Positions 20,679-32,072 of a stretch of 64,000 nt of DNA are shown here, piece by piece. The position numbers were made by a program, and so were the translations under genes. Source of the stretch: Epithemia pelagica (taxonomy: Eukaryota > Protista > Bacillariophyta); assembly GCA_946965045.2 (NCBI GenBank), contig OX337234.1, positions 2,356,001 to 2,420,000 of the forward strand, read 5' to 3'. Positions within the stretch are counted from its first letter, which is position 1; every line of letters starts with the position of its first letter. The notes beneath the pieces are model-generated. The model ran no database searches, was not told the origin of the DNA, and saw nothing but the letters and a program-made list of their open reading frames with translations.

Positions 20679-21749
20679 ATGACGCAAAAGCACGACGACA
20701 GCAAGAAGTCCAGTGATGAAAATGAAGGGCTTGAAGAACATGGAACTTCTTCAGTCGATCATCTTCCTAGTGGACACCTGCTTGCCTCCTATGAGATTGA
20801 AAGGTTCCTTTACTACTGGTTCGAACCTCCCAAGCAACAACATCAGGGCAATGTGAGTTGCATGTCGGAAAAACCTACTATGAATAACATGGCAGTCTCG
20901 ATCAAGAGTGCTACCGCTACAAGGGGAGGTAATATTGTCTCGGGTGACTTCGATGCAACTGGAATAATGATTTGGCCAGCCACACACTTGCTTTGTCAAC
21001 ACTTGGCTCAAGACGCACATGAAACAGAAGGAGGAGTCTTGGGTGTTCGACAAAGGACGGTTCTCGAGCTTGGGTGTGGATGTGGACTTGTCGGTGTGGT
21101 TGCCATGGCGACAAGTGCCACACAATCTCCTTCGTTATGGGTGGCGACTGACATGGATGTTAGTGCACTCCAACTAAGCCAAGAGAACTTTGCACTAAAT
21201 GGAATCTCAAATAGTGGGTTGATGGCATCGATCGAAACGACCTCCGGACATCGTCAAGGCTTGTTCGCAAGGCGTTTAGAATGGGGGAATCAAGAGGACA
21301 TGAACAATATTCAATCTGACTTGGGGCTTGATCGATTTGACTGTATCGTTGGTGCGGATATTGTCTACCCGAATACCTGCGGAAAGGCACTCACGGATTT
21401 ATTTCAGACTGTTGATCGGTTCTTGTCAAAACAGGACGGCAGCAAGTTTTACTTATCATTTGCATCAAGAGACGGTCCGAGAACGCCTTGTCGATTGCTA
21501 GAAGCTGCAGGAGACGCCGGGTTTGCCATCTCGTCCTCTAGCCAAACCTTGGACCCTGATATTGTTCAACGTCTCCCTCCCCTTTTGGACAGCAAACTGT
21601 TGGTCATTCAGCGGTCGGAAAACGCAGAGGAGGAAAATCGAGCTTTGGGACGAGACTATTGTACAGTTTTCCCCGGGTTGCGAGCCTCAATGGCTCGACT
21701 CGAAGAGCCGTCAAGTGAAGAAGAATGGGATGCCCCGTTTGGTGACTGA
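20679..21749 (+). CDS. Family-16 (METTL21-like) SAM-dependent lysine methyltransferase
   Basis: TGIMIWPA, VLELGCGCGLVG, ATD, DCIVGADIVY. Confidence 0.9.
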   Translation: MTQKHDDSKKSSDENEGLEEHGTSSVDHLPSGHLLASYEIERFLYYWFEPPKQQHQGNVSCMSEKPTMNNMAVSIKSATATRGGNIVSGDFDATGIMIWPATHLLCQHLAQDAHETEGGVLGVRQRTVLELGCGCGLVGVVAMATSATQSPSLWVATDMDVSALQLSQENFALNGISNSGLMASIETTSGHRQGLFARRLEWGNQEDMNNIQSDLGLDRFDCIVGADIVYPNTCGKALTDLFQTVDRFLSKQDGSKFYLSFASRDGPRTPCRLLEAAGDAGFAISSSSQTLDPDIVQRLPPLLDSKLLVIQRSENAEEENRALGRDYCTVFPGLRASMARLEEPSSEEEWDAPFGD

Positions 21750-22285
21750 CGTTGACTCAAACATTTTGGCGATTGGCGGGCCTCGACTTTTATGAAATGA
21801 GTATCTCGGGACTAGAAATGTAATCCTTTTCGATCGGATGAGAACTTGTACGTTCTGGGACAAACTGCGCTGCAACCGTCATCAAGGTTCATTGTGCGTC
21901 GCCATGCAAAACTTTGAAGCAGCTCGCACTATTGAGCAACGTCTTTTACATTACATTCTAGTGAGTAGAAGTAGGATGATTTAAATGAACCACATGATGA
22001 CTGCAGGTTCCTGCTACTGGTTTCGTGAAGACGAATCATCAGGAGATCGACTGGATGATTAAAGTAATGTGAAGTTTTGTTCAAAGATCTTCCTTATGAC
22101 TCGTGAAAAAGAAAAGTATGGGCTTCTTAAGGTGTGACAACGCGCCCCACAGAGAAAACAAACCGACCTCATCCAAAAATTAAGGCGATTGACTCCGCCT
22201 AACTTCGAGCTCTCTCCGGGAGAAACCGATTTTGCTCTTTGCTTCACAACAATCAAACTATAGGGTCACCAATGGGCTTGTCACA

Positions 22286-24206
22286 ATGATAAAGAACCCA
22301 AGTCCGTTTAACTCCCACGTATCTGTTCGTGGTGAAGATAGAGAAAAGTCTGACACGATAGCAACGGGAACAGACGGTGGGAGTCAAACCATCGTGCCAC
22401 GTGCTCCCACGGTAAAAGAGTCAACCCCACCACCATCGTCACAAAAGGAAGATACCGAAACGAACATAACACCCTTCAGCACCAGCGCGAAGTCAATTGA
22501 CATTGAGAGCCTTGTTTCATCACTTTTACGACTATACCCCGAACAGTTCTTCGATGACAGCGGGTTGGCTCTGGGTCACTGCATCAGTCCTTCTTGCCAT
22601 GGAGGAAGTCGAGATATTCCTCGTTTAGAAACGTTAGCCACACAGGACACGAAAAGGGCATCATGTGGTATGACAGACGTTAGAAAAGAAGCCGGGCCCG
22701 TCGGTACCATCCGACCTGATCGCTCATACTTGGACTTGCAAAGACAACTGGACTTTGGACACTACAAAATTGATCCAAGCGAAGCGGCTGACCCGTTTCA
22801 GAGCCCCGAAACACGAAAACGAGCGAGTTTCAAGGTCGATTCCCAAAGACAAAGCAGTGCTGGGCCCTTGAAGAAGAGACCCAAACGTCCCTCTCCTGGC
22901 ATTGAAGTAGCGCCGTTGACCACTGAGATCACTGGGCAAGAACAGCAAGCCCCCACTTCGTCGATAGTTGATTCCTTGTGCACTTTAGCAATGGACCACC
23001 ATTCGTTCTTGTGGCAAGAGACTGGTTTGGAAATGCATCCCCTCAGTCCAGGTCAACATGCCTTGATGGAATTGCCCTCGCGAGGGGCACGAGAAGAGCA
23101 AAGAATGGAGCACGCACTTTATCCCTCACCTTCATTCACGGGACATTTAGGAAAGTCAAAAGATGAGCCAGACACCATGCTATTTGAACAAAAGAAACCC
23201 GAGCAAGGAGACGTGAGTGTTCATCAGTTCGCAGCAAAAGAAAAAGTAAAGGACTTACGAAGGACAGAGCTCGACCTCTTCGACGACATTCACAGAGGGA
23301 ATGTGAACTTATTCCTAGATCAATATTTCACTATCGGAGATGGTACAGCTTCTGCTAACGATCCTGTAAAACAAGAGCAGAACACTACGGATCAGTTGGA
23401 TGTTTGTCAACCAGTCACTGTCAAAAGGTCCGTAAACATGGACGAGACCAAAATTCCTGACACTGTAACCGAAGAACCTGTCCCTCTCCCTTTCACACGT
23501 TGGTCTCCAACTGAAGACGCCCTTCTCGCATATGCCGTTCAGCAAGAAGGTGGACCCCCAATCAGCTGGACATTGATTTCACGAAAATATTTTCAAGGAA
23601 GGAGAAATGTCAACCAATGCAAGGGAAGATGGAAAAACGTAAGTGGATAGACATGTTGTCCAACGGGGCGGTTAATCATCACTGACCTTCGATATCTGCG
23701 TTCACTTGTTACAGCACCTTCATCCTGAATTGAGCAGAAGCCCATGGACAAAAGAAGAGGACGATCTCATCGTTTACTACCACAATCTCGGATACAATTG
23801 GTCACAAATCGCAGACAAGCTTCCCGGCCGTTTCTCGGAGCATGTCCGAGATAGATTTACCAACTTTGTTGATCCCAGTTTGAAAAAGGCACATTGGACT
23901 GAAGAAGAGCGACGAATCCTCCTAGAGGCCCAGCAAAGAATGGGAAACAAGTGGACAGCCATTGCGAAGTTGTTACCAGGAAGATCCCAAAGTATGGTAA
24001 AGAACTTTTGGTATAATTCTCAGCTGACTAAGAAACGGCAGAAGAGCGCGAGTGGGCTGACTGACCGACCGAATCAAGAGCTGGAAGATTCGGAAGAACC
24101 AAAGAAAAAGAAAGCTGGAAAGCCGGCAATGGGCGGACACAGCAACACGAGACAAGGGACTCATCATCGAACAAAATGTGAAAACTTCTTCCATACGGAT
24201 ACCTAA
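22286..24206 (+). CDS. Three-repeat Myb (3R-MYB) transcription factor, intron 23639-23714
   Basis: Splicing AAC|gtaagt...acag|CAC joins R1 (WSPTED...QCKGRWKNHL) to R2 (WTKEED...HVRDRF) and R3 (WTEEE...GNKWTAIAKLLPGRS..VKNFW). Confidence 0.9.
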
Positions 24207-24585
24207 GTTTCCGAAAGGTCTGTCCCAAGGCGCAGACTTAAAAGGAGAACCAGATCGACGACTGGAGGGGCGGCGATACGACGAAGGAAGAAGGAAGATG
24301 GGTTGGAGTTTGCAAGCATAATGGAGCTCCATCTTTGACTGTAACAAATTGATATCTGGCCATTTAATCCATCGGTTGAGGACCAGTCAAGTCGTATTGC
24401 TCGTCTAACAGACTAATCCACAAAAGTTGAAACTATTGCATTGTCTTGATTCGGGAAACTGAAGAGTCCCATCGACCCATACGAATACAAGCTCCTCTAG
24501 AGAGAGTGGATACGGAGTCGGTAGTGTCTGTCTGCTAACATTAGAGGTGAATGATGTCACGAAACTTTTGCGCGGCCCATCCTCA

Positions 24586-26125
24586 ATGGGAAGTTCATGC
24601 ACATCATCCGCGACTGGTGAGCTCCTCCCAGTTCCCACCTCCATCTCCATCATATCCGTACCTAGTTTGTTGACTGAAGGTAAAACGAACATGGTGGTCA
24701 CCTTAACCCCACTTCCTGGTTCATTCATAGCCGCAATATCTGAGATGAGATGGCCGTTGGGGCAGGAGTCGACTCCACCTCCACCCCTCTACTTTGAGTC
24801 GCTCGAAACCTTGAAAAGTCGTCGAAGTGATGAGACTGCTAAATTCGACTTTATGAAGGATATTGCGGGAACTATCGAGACACTTTTCCCTCATGGTGAA
24901 ACTGATTCCGATCAGCGCCATTTTGGGCTTATATCTGTGGCGTTGATTCTTTTAGGGCATGGACTTACTGACGAATGCCACAATCTAATAACTCCGTTAT
25001 CATGGCCAGATGACATTCACTTTGCCTACGGCCCATCCGTCTATTCACAAGTTTCCCCAAGTGCGAAAAGCTTTGCTTCATATGTGCATTGCCTGGTGTA
25101 AGTCTCGTGCCTGATTTCTTGATACAGATCCTTGTTTCACAGTTTCTTACTTTGCGTTTACTCTCATCTATAGACATCGAAAGGAGGCGTTCAATGTCGG
25201 AGAATTTGGAATGATGGGGTTCCAGAATGGAAATTACTGGTCTAGTGCAGTCGCTCGTACACCAGGTTCTGACGAGCATATTCCACACTCGACGCTGTTG
25301 CAAGAGGTCAATCGCATTGCCAACAGGGCTGACTTTACAAATTGCAAATCAGTGCATGATTGGTGTGATCGTCACCAAATATCCGATCAAGGAACTGTTT
25401 TATTTGAATCTAGGGGGGTTCATGAACTTTGTGCAACGGTCATCCGTCAACAGCAACAACAATCTACCGATTACAATGAAGAAAGAGAAGCTTTGACGGC
25501 GTTCGCCGAACAAGTTGTGGAAACTGAAATGCGCATACTGCTCTTAAGTGCACTGACAAAAGCCGGGTTTTCAGTTGCGGATCTATCCGAGCCTATGGAA
25601 CAACCAACCTTGATTCCACGCGATCCGCCCATTTCCCAACAAACGGTTGACGAATACGAGGCCATTTCGGCTTCCCGTAAGGTTTCATCTGCCCATCTCG
25701 CTGGTTTTCGTGACCTTGGTAGTATTACTATTCGAAGAGTTGCTTCGATAAGCGAAGTTAGTTCCAGCGCCGAAAATGTTGCTCATGCTTACTCAGTAGC
25801 TGCTGGGGTTGCTAGCAGGCTGCTCGAAAGCGCAGGTGTCGAAGAATGTGAAAACGCAGAGCAAGGATCAATTCAAATTCTGTTGAGGTCAGCCACTGAT
25901 GGACACGTAGATATTGGTGATACAACGTACCTTGGCCCTGGGGATCTGTATGCATGCACAAATCCGCAAATACATCCTTTGTCTTGCCAGTCTGGTGTGG
26001 AATGTTTTTTCTTCAAATCAGCTCTAAAGGACAATCCCGAAGCAGTTTTTGTTGATCCGTTGCATGGATCAAGAGGAGAGACTCCCACAACAGTTATCCA
26101 ATGGAGCAAAGGGACTGCCTTCTGA
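24586..26125 (+). CDS. Conserved hypothetical protein, intron 25098-25173
   Basis: Splicing gives HCLVHRKEA...FQNGNYW, resembling the 'H..HR.EG..NA.YW' motif of a widespread uncharacterised family. Start uncertain. Confidence 0.7.
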
Positions 26126-26715
26126 TCGACGACTATGATCGCACAGTTACAATGGGCTACTCCTTCCTCTACCTTATTTTCGGGCTAGTTTTCGGTCTCT
26201 AAATTGACCTTTATCTTGAGTCAAGACACGATGCGCGTTCCATGCCATGGCAACGGGGATAGATGTCAGCTGAGTGCGATCAAAGCCTTTTGCATGTGGG
26301 TCCGTGACTTCCTTGTCAATTGTCAATAGTTTCAATCGTCTTCGCCCCAGATAAAACTGCTGTGGGGTAACCTTACTGTAGCCATTTGCCATATTGTAGA
26401 CTTGGTCTGTACGTCTCTCTTTATTTAGCGCGCTAGGTTTTGGGTCATCCTTGATGAAAGCGAAAATATCCAGCAACTCCTACGATGAACTCTTAGAATA
26501 TGTAGAATATGCATGCCTTTACCACGATAGGTTGTAATTCCTAGATGTAAGATTTTTCGGCGAAGATCTTGAAGGCCATTGATCCGGACGATGTTTTCTT
26601 TTGATAAAAATAAAAAAAGGTATCATCACCGTGCCCTTTTGTATTAGGGAGTAGCAGCTTTGATTAGAGACAGAGAGCCTCATTTTGCACGAAGTGACGC
26701 GTGTGAGAAACAACA

Positions 26716-27867
26716 ATGGTCGCTGGACGTTTGACATTGATTCTGTTGGCCGTCGTGGCACTCCTTCAGATCCCAAACTCCGAATCCTTTGCGACTAGGA
26801 ATCTGGACCTTCGTCTGGAGCGTTTGGAGGGTGGGCCAAGTATTCTGTCGTTGCCGATCGAGAAACAGGCCCTGGGGAATCTCAGGAGGAGCAAGTGGAA
26901 CAATTTGAACTTTTTGAAGGGATTTCGAGAGAAGTCGCGTACCTCCGTCGACTTTCAGGAACATCATGACGAGAGGCGCTTGCGTTGGCGCCGAGTGCTT
27001 ACAGTTTTCCACCAGACTTTGATGTCGTTGTTAAAAAGCCGAGTTGCGCGTCTCTTTGCCTGCTGGATGGTTGTTATGGTAGGTCAGTTCTCTCTTGCCC
27101 TCTCTCCGGCCACGGCTACAACCACATCTTCTGTGGGCATGTTGATGCAGACTACGGGTGGACCGGCACTTTCCACTGGCACATCGACGGCTGCCAAAAT
27201 GACCGTTGCAACAGCCACCAGGGCACTCCGTTCACTCAATCTTCCAGCTGCAGCGGGAGTTGTTGCCGTGGCCGTTCTCGGTGGTGGCTTGGTCGGAAAG
27301 AAGTTTGTCCCTGCGGAGGAGGTGAAAGAGGACGGAAATGTGCTGCAATTGACACGCCAAACAAAAGAAGAGGAACAAGAGGAGGGCAATGTTCTTCAAC
27401 TGACTCGTCAAACTAAAAGTGCTCATGAGGTAGAACGGGAAAGGGAGCAGGAAATTCGGCGCAAAGAACTTGAAATTCGAAGGAAGGAAGAAGCCGAAAT
27501 GCGAAAAAACAAAGAAGCTGGAGAGCGGCTGTTGCAACAGACTTTGTCACGATACGAAGCTCCCGTCGCCGTCGCCCCACCAGTTGTTGAGGAAGAGGTC
27601 ACGGTCGCAGTCGAAGAAGAGGTGGTTGTTGAAGTGGAGGAGGAAGTGATTCCCATTGTCACTGCCCCCGAACCTGGTTTGATTGAAGAAGAAGTAGTGG
27701 AGGTAGTTTTGCAAGAACCGGTGGTTGATGATAATGTTGCTGTTGTGGCTTCCTCTGTTTCGTTGGATCCAGAACTAGACCAAAAGCGAAAAGAACTAGT
27801 GGAGACTATGGTGGGCTTTGTGGGTATGATCATTACGGTAATTTCCGTGTTTGGGTATTACGGATAA
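26716..27867 (+). CDS. Plastid-targeted membrane protein A of the gene cluster
   Basis: Signal peptide ending SES|F, second hydrophobic segment ending SPATA|TTTSSVGML, a TM segment, coiled/acidic region and C-terminal TM. Confidence 0.75.
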   Translation: MVAGRLTLILLAVVALLQIPNSESFATRNLDLRLERLEGGPSILSLPIEKQALGNLRRSKWNNLNFLKGFREKSRTSVDFQEHHDERRLRWRRVLTVFHQTLMSLLKSRVARLFACWMVVMVGQFSLALSPATATTTSSVGMLMQTTGGPALSTGTSTAAKMTVATATRALRSLNLPAAAGVVAVAVLGGGLVGKKFVPAEEVKEDGNVLQLTRQTKEEEQEEGNVLQLTRQTKSAHEVEREREQEIRRKELEIRRKEEAEMRKNKEAGERLLQQTLSRYEAPVAVAPPVVEEEVTVAVEEEVVVEVEEEVIPIVTAPEPGLIEEEVVEVVLQEPVVDDNVAVVASSVSLDPELDQKRKELVETMVGFVGMIITVISVFGYYG

Positions 27868-28187
27868 AGTACTCGAGAGTGATAAAGTACTCAAGGGTGC
27901 TTCTTTGCTTGGTACGATGACCACGATGTACGAATTACCAATACATCGATCGTACCACCATGTTAACTGTTAAAAACGTATATCATTGTCTGGTCATGAG
28001 CTGCCCTGTGATTCGTCTCTTTTGATTGTATGGCGGAGTATCAAGTACTGGAGCACGAAATCCACATGACTTCATGTATCACAGTCTTTTTCCTGCGAAG
28101 ATTGGCCCTCACAAAGGCTGCTTCTTCAAGCTGTGATGCCGCAGCATCACCACAAGGAATGTGAAGGAGCACAGTAAGGCGCAAACG

Positions 28188-28766
28188 TTATCGTGATATT
28201 GGCGTCGCAATGCCCAGTCGGGGAATTTCAATGGCCGGACAGCGATTCATGACCACATCCAGACCGGCAGCTTGTGCCTTTGCCCCTCCTTCTTCGTGAA
28301 TGACTCCAAGTTGAAGCCACACACTTTTGGCATTCACTGCGATAGCCTCGTCAATGACTGCCCCTGCTTGTGCACTATTGCGAAAGACATCCACCATGTC
28401 GATACAAGTCTCCGTGGGAATGTCCGACAAGGAAGCGACAACTGTTTGACCGTACAGGGTTTGTCCCGCCAAACCTGGATTCACCGGTATGACGTTGTAA
28501 CCCTGATCCAACAAATACTTCAACACCTCGTTGGAAGGACGTTCCACTTTGGCAGAAGCTCCCACAAGAGCAATGGTTTGACTGGTGGAGAGTATCTTTC
28601 GAACAGTATCGTCCGAATTGGTGAATTGCTCCGAAGTAGTGGCTTTGGATCTTGTCGTCACCATCATAAAAGGAAGCGTAGATGAGGAACTTGCTTGGTT
28701 TGTCGCTGCTGGAGAGGAAAGACGCAAGGTCCAATGCCAAAGCCTTTGAAACGCAAACACGCCCAT
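28188..28766 (-). CDS. CoA-binding protein, YccU-like
   Basis: [46 protein letters not shown]. Confidence 0.9.
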   Translation of the reverse strand: MGVFAFQRLWHWTLRLSSPAATNQASSSSTLPFMMVTTRSKATTSEQFTNSDDTVRKILSTSQTIALVGASAKVERPSNEVLKYLLDQGYNVIPVNPGLAGQTLYGQTVVASLSDIPTETCIDMVDVFRNSAQAGAVIDEAIAVNAKSVWLQLGVIHEEGGAKAQAAGLDVVMNRCPAIEIPRLGIATPISR

Positions 28767-29150
28767 TTTTGTGTGGGATTGAGATTGGGATTAGTTTCCT
28801 TTTCCTGCGGCCGCTTGCATCCATCCACGTGGAACACAAGCAACTCTCTATCATTCAGACTTATTTTTCCGTTAACATTATTTAAATTCAATTTATTTAC
28901 GTTCGCTTGGGAGTAACGAGTTTCAAAGATACGCATTCGATTTTGATGGCACGCATCGGATGGATATCCATTCGCCGAGGCAACGGCTGTAATAGAAGAG
29001 AGTCGACGGCAAGAGGTTTCACCGTCTAACCATCTTGATTGCTTCCACACATACAACAAGAATCAATATCGTTGACTTGCTTCAGCGAATAGTTTTCAAG
29101 TTTCCCTCATTATTCGCCGGAAGCAAGACTGCACAACAGATTCCTGCGCC

Positions 29151-31883
29151 ATGATGGGGCTCTCGCTTCGATTCATGGTGGTGACCTTGGTGCTGTTCTG
29201 GGCCTGGACTCTGGAAACAACACATGTGGCTGCGTTTTCTGTAACGCGTTCTTCGTCCTTGTTCTCAGAAAGGAGAGCAGTGCTCACCTTAAAACGAGGA
29301 AATCAGCAGCAACCCGCAGTCACACCAAATAAGTTAGGAGAAGATCCCAGAAAAGGGACGTTCGATTCATCGAGCTTGTGGAGATCTCCAAGTCACAATT
29401 CTTACACGGATGATGGAATTGGTCCACGGAAGCGACAATGGTTTGGGAAACTACGTAGGCGACTACGAAATTTCTTGGTTCGTAGTACACTTCTCTTTCT
29501 TGCAGTGACAACCGCCCTCCAAGCACTCTTTCCTTTTGGAGGAGGAGGAACGTCTCTTTTCCGTCCCGAACCTGCCGAAGCATCGGCCCCCATTATGGCC
29601 TTACCAAAATCAGAAGATTTGGATCCTGGTAAAGAAGCTCTCATGAGACATGAAAAAGCAATGGTCCAAAGGGCCCAACATGAATTGGACGTGATGGCAC
29701 AAAAGGCTCGAGCGATTGAAGCCGCGGAAGGGCCTGCAGCAAGGAACAAATTTGAAAAAGAATACAAGGCTAATGAGCAGATCAAAGCCGAGAAAAAGGC
29801 ACAAGGCTTTGTGCAGTTGAAACGGGACCTTCTCGACCAGGGTATTGATCCCTTTTGCGATATTGAAGGTCAGCGACAAGTTATCTTGTACGAAAAAGGG
29901 TTGGATTTGGGAGAGGTTTCGGGTACACCATTCAATGTGGAACAAGTCCATCAAATGCGTAGTCCTAAAAAGAGTTTCATGGTACGAAAGGCCCCCAACC
30001 GGGAGGTGATTAAGCTCATGGTTCAGGATTTGAAATCTCGCGATATGGATCCCCTCGAGTACTTTGAGGCACGCAAAGACCAAACCATGGCGATTCTGGA
30101 AATGCCGGCACCAAAGGCGGTATCTATGGTTGAAATGTACCGAGCCAACATGGAAGAATATGGACAAATCACGAAAGCACAACCTGGTGAGTTAAGTGTC
30201 AAGGAGAAGAAACAACTGGCACTGGAGAAGCAAATGGCGGATCCGAAAGCCCAAGCAAAAATAGCGAAACAGCAAAAGGCGGAAGCAAAGGCCAAAGCAA
30301 AGGCAGAACGGGAACGTGCAAAGGCAGAAGCAAAGGCTGAAAAGGAACGTCAAAAAGCGGAAGCAAAGGCTGCCAAAGAAGAGGCCAAGTTAGAGGCAGA
30401 AAAGGAAAAGGAAGCGGCAGCCGCTGCGGCTGCATCGGCGGCCGCGGCGGCAACTGCTGTGGGTGTAGGGTCAGCTGTGACGGCAACGGCGGGAGCAGCG
30501 GAGGCAGTGGGGACTGCCGCGAGCAATGCTCTCCCATCACCAAGTGAGACGATTGTATCTTCCTCTCCAGAGTCGACCATTGCGGGTGAAGAGAGCAGTG
30601 CAGTAATGGTCGAAGCCGCTCCTACCCCTGATGTTATCGACTCCTCTTCTTCGGGTCAGTTGCAACAGAAATTTACCAAGATAATTCCTGCGTCAGCTGT
30701 GGTGGTTGGTATTGGAGCCGGTGCCTATGGTCTAAACGTGTATCGCAAACGAGCTGCCGAAGAGGAAGAAGAACGGCAGCGTCAATTCCGTATGCTCATG
30801 CAAGGAAACCAGCCGGATCCGGAGGATGAACCAGATCTCATGGACGCGGACTCGGATACAATGACTTCATCAGTGGATGTCTCCGCTCCTGCTGCTCCAG
30901 TACCACAACCAACCCCGGCTCCGGCTCCCGCTGCTCCTCCAAAGAAGCGTCGATTGGGAATCTTTAAATCAAAGAAAGGAAGTGGCCGAGAAACTGATTT
31001 GAGCGTACTGGTAGCAGAAGATGCACAGGCACCTGAGTTTGCCATACTCTTGGGGAAGATTCTTACTTTTGGAGCTCCTGGTCGATTCCCCCAGTCACAG
31101 AGTGTCCTGGGCTCGGATTTGCCAATGGACAAGTTCGATCTGGAAACAGCCAAGGACATGTTGGTGAAAGCACGATTAGAGGCTGACTTGGAAGTAACTC
31201 AGTCGGCGGAGATTTTCGCAAATGTTGTCAACTGCATGTTGATTGAAATTATGGATTTGGCATCCAGTTCGCTGAAGGAAAAGGAAGCGAAAAAGACTAT
31301 GGACGCCGTCAACATTGTGGTAGACTTTATGAATCACGCTGCCTCCCTATACGATGCTGTGGCAGAGGGTGCGACCATCGCCCCCGTGACATACAATGGT
31401 AGTTTGAGCCGGTCCAAGTTGGAACAAATGTACAGTCAATATGCGGTAGGTGGCATGATGAACATGGATAGTGTTGCTGATGATTTTGATGCTCGAGTTG
31501 CATTGCTCCAAGATGTCTTTTCAATCAACGAAAAGAAAGCAGAAGGGTTAATGATGAAGGCAATGCAAAAGAACATGGCGGAAATGATGAAGAATGGTGG
31601 TGAAGGCATGGAAGATTTTATGAAGAACATGGCACCAGGGATGGAGGACATGTTGGGTGGGGAAGGAGGCGAAGGAATTGATCCTGAGCAACTGAAAGCT
31701 ATGCTCCGGGAGTTTAAGGCTGCGAAGGACCGGGGTGAATATTCCAAAGAAGAGTTGGAGAAAGTACGGTCAAGCTTCAAGGAAATATTTGGGTCCAGCT
31801 TGGAAGAGGTTTTTAATGGGTCTGCAGAAACAGAAGAAGATCAAGAAGTTATGGATTTGATGAAAGCTGTACTGTATGATTGA
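29151..31883 (+). CDS. Plastid-targeted membrane protein B (910 aa), helical C-terminal domain loosely reminiscent of Tic110 repeats
   Basis: Signal peptide ending VAA|F, RRR-hydrophobic-PAEA segment, EAK coiled coil, central TM. The Tic110 resemblance is an impression only. Confidence 0.8.
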   Translation: MMGLSLRFMVVTLVLFWAWTLETTHVAAFSVTRSSSLFSERRAVLTLKRGNQQQPAVTPNKLGEDPRKGTFDSSSLWRSPSHNSYTDDGIGPRKRQWFGKLRRRLRNFLVRSTLLFLAVTTALQALFPFGGGGTSLFRPEPAEASAPIMALPKSEDLDPGKEALMRHEKAMVQRAQHELDVMAQKARAIEAAEGPAARNKFEKEYKANEQIKAEKKAQGFVQLKRDLLDQGIDPFCDIEGQRQVILYEKGLDLGEVSGTPFNVEQVHQMRSPKKSFMVRKAPNREVIKLMVQDLKSRDMDPLEYFEARKDQTMAILEMPAPKAVSMVEMYRANMEEYGQITKAQPGELSVKEKKQLALEKQMADPKAQAKIAKQQKAEAKAKAKAERERAKAEAKAEKERQKAEAKAAKEEAKLEAEKEKEAAAAAAASAAAAATAVGVGSAVTATAGAAEAVGTAASNALPSPSETIVSSSPESTIAGEESSAVMVEAAPTPDVIDSSSSGQLQQKFTKIIPASAVVVGIGAGAYGLNVYRKRAAEEEEERQRQFRMLMQGNQPDPEDEPDLMDADSDTMTSSVDVSAPAAPVPQPTPAPAPAAPPKKRRLGIFKSKKGSGRETDLSVLVAEDAQAPEFAILLGKILTFGAPGRFPQSQSVLGSDLPMDKFDLETAKDMLVKARLEADLEVTQSAEIFANVVNCMLIEIMDLASSSLKEKEAKKTMDAVNIVVDFMNHAASLYDAVAEGATIAPVTYNGSLSRSKLEQMYSQYAVGGMMNMDSVADDFDARVALLQDVFSINEKKAEGLMMKAMQKNMAEMMKNGGEGMEDFMKNMAPGMEDMLGGEGGEGIDPEQLKAMLREFKAAKDRGEYSKEELEKVRSSFKEIFGSSLEEVFNGSAETEEDQEVMDLMKAVLYD

Positions 31884-32072
31884 ATGTAGCTGATGTGCTC
31901 ACATGTTCCTGTTATTAACTTCATACTTGTTATTGATCTAAGCGATGCCTCTAGGAGTAGAATCTCTCTGAGCGTTCACTATGCGTCAACGCCGTGCATA
32001 TTCTCAAGAATGTAGGTCTGTTTCTAGGTAAAGTCACCTTAGCTGCCATCTACTCGGCCCCGACTAAATCCT

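Noticed and set aside
26174-26476. 100-aa minus-strand ORF
   Set aside because: Non-ATG start and no motif. It may be a relic but cannot be supported.
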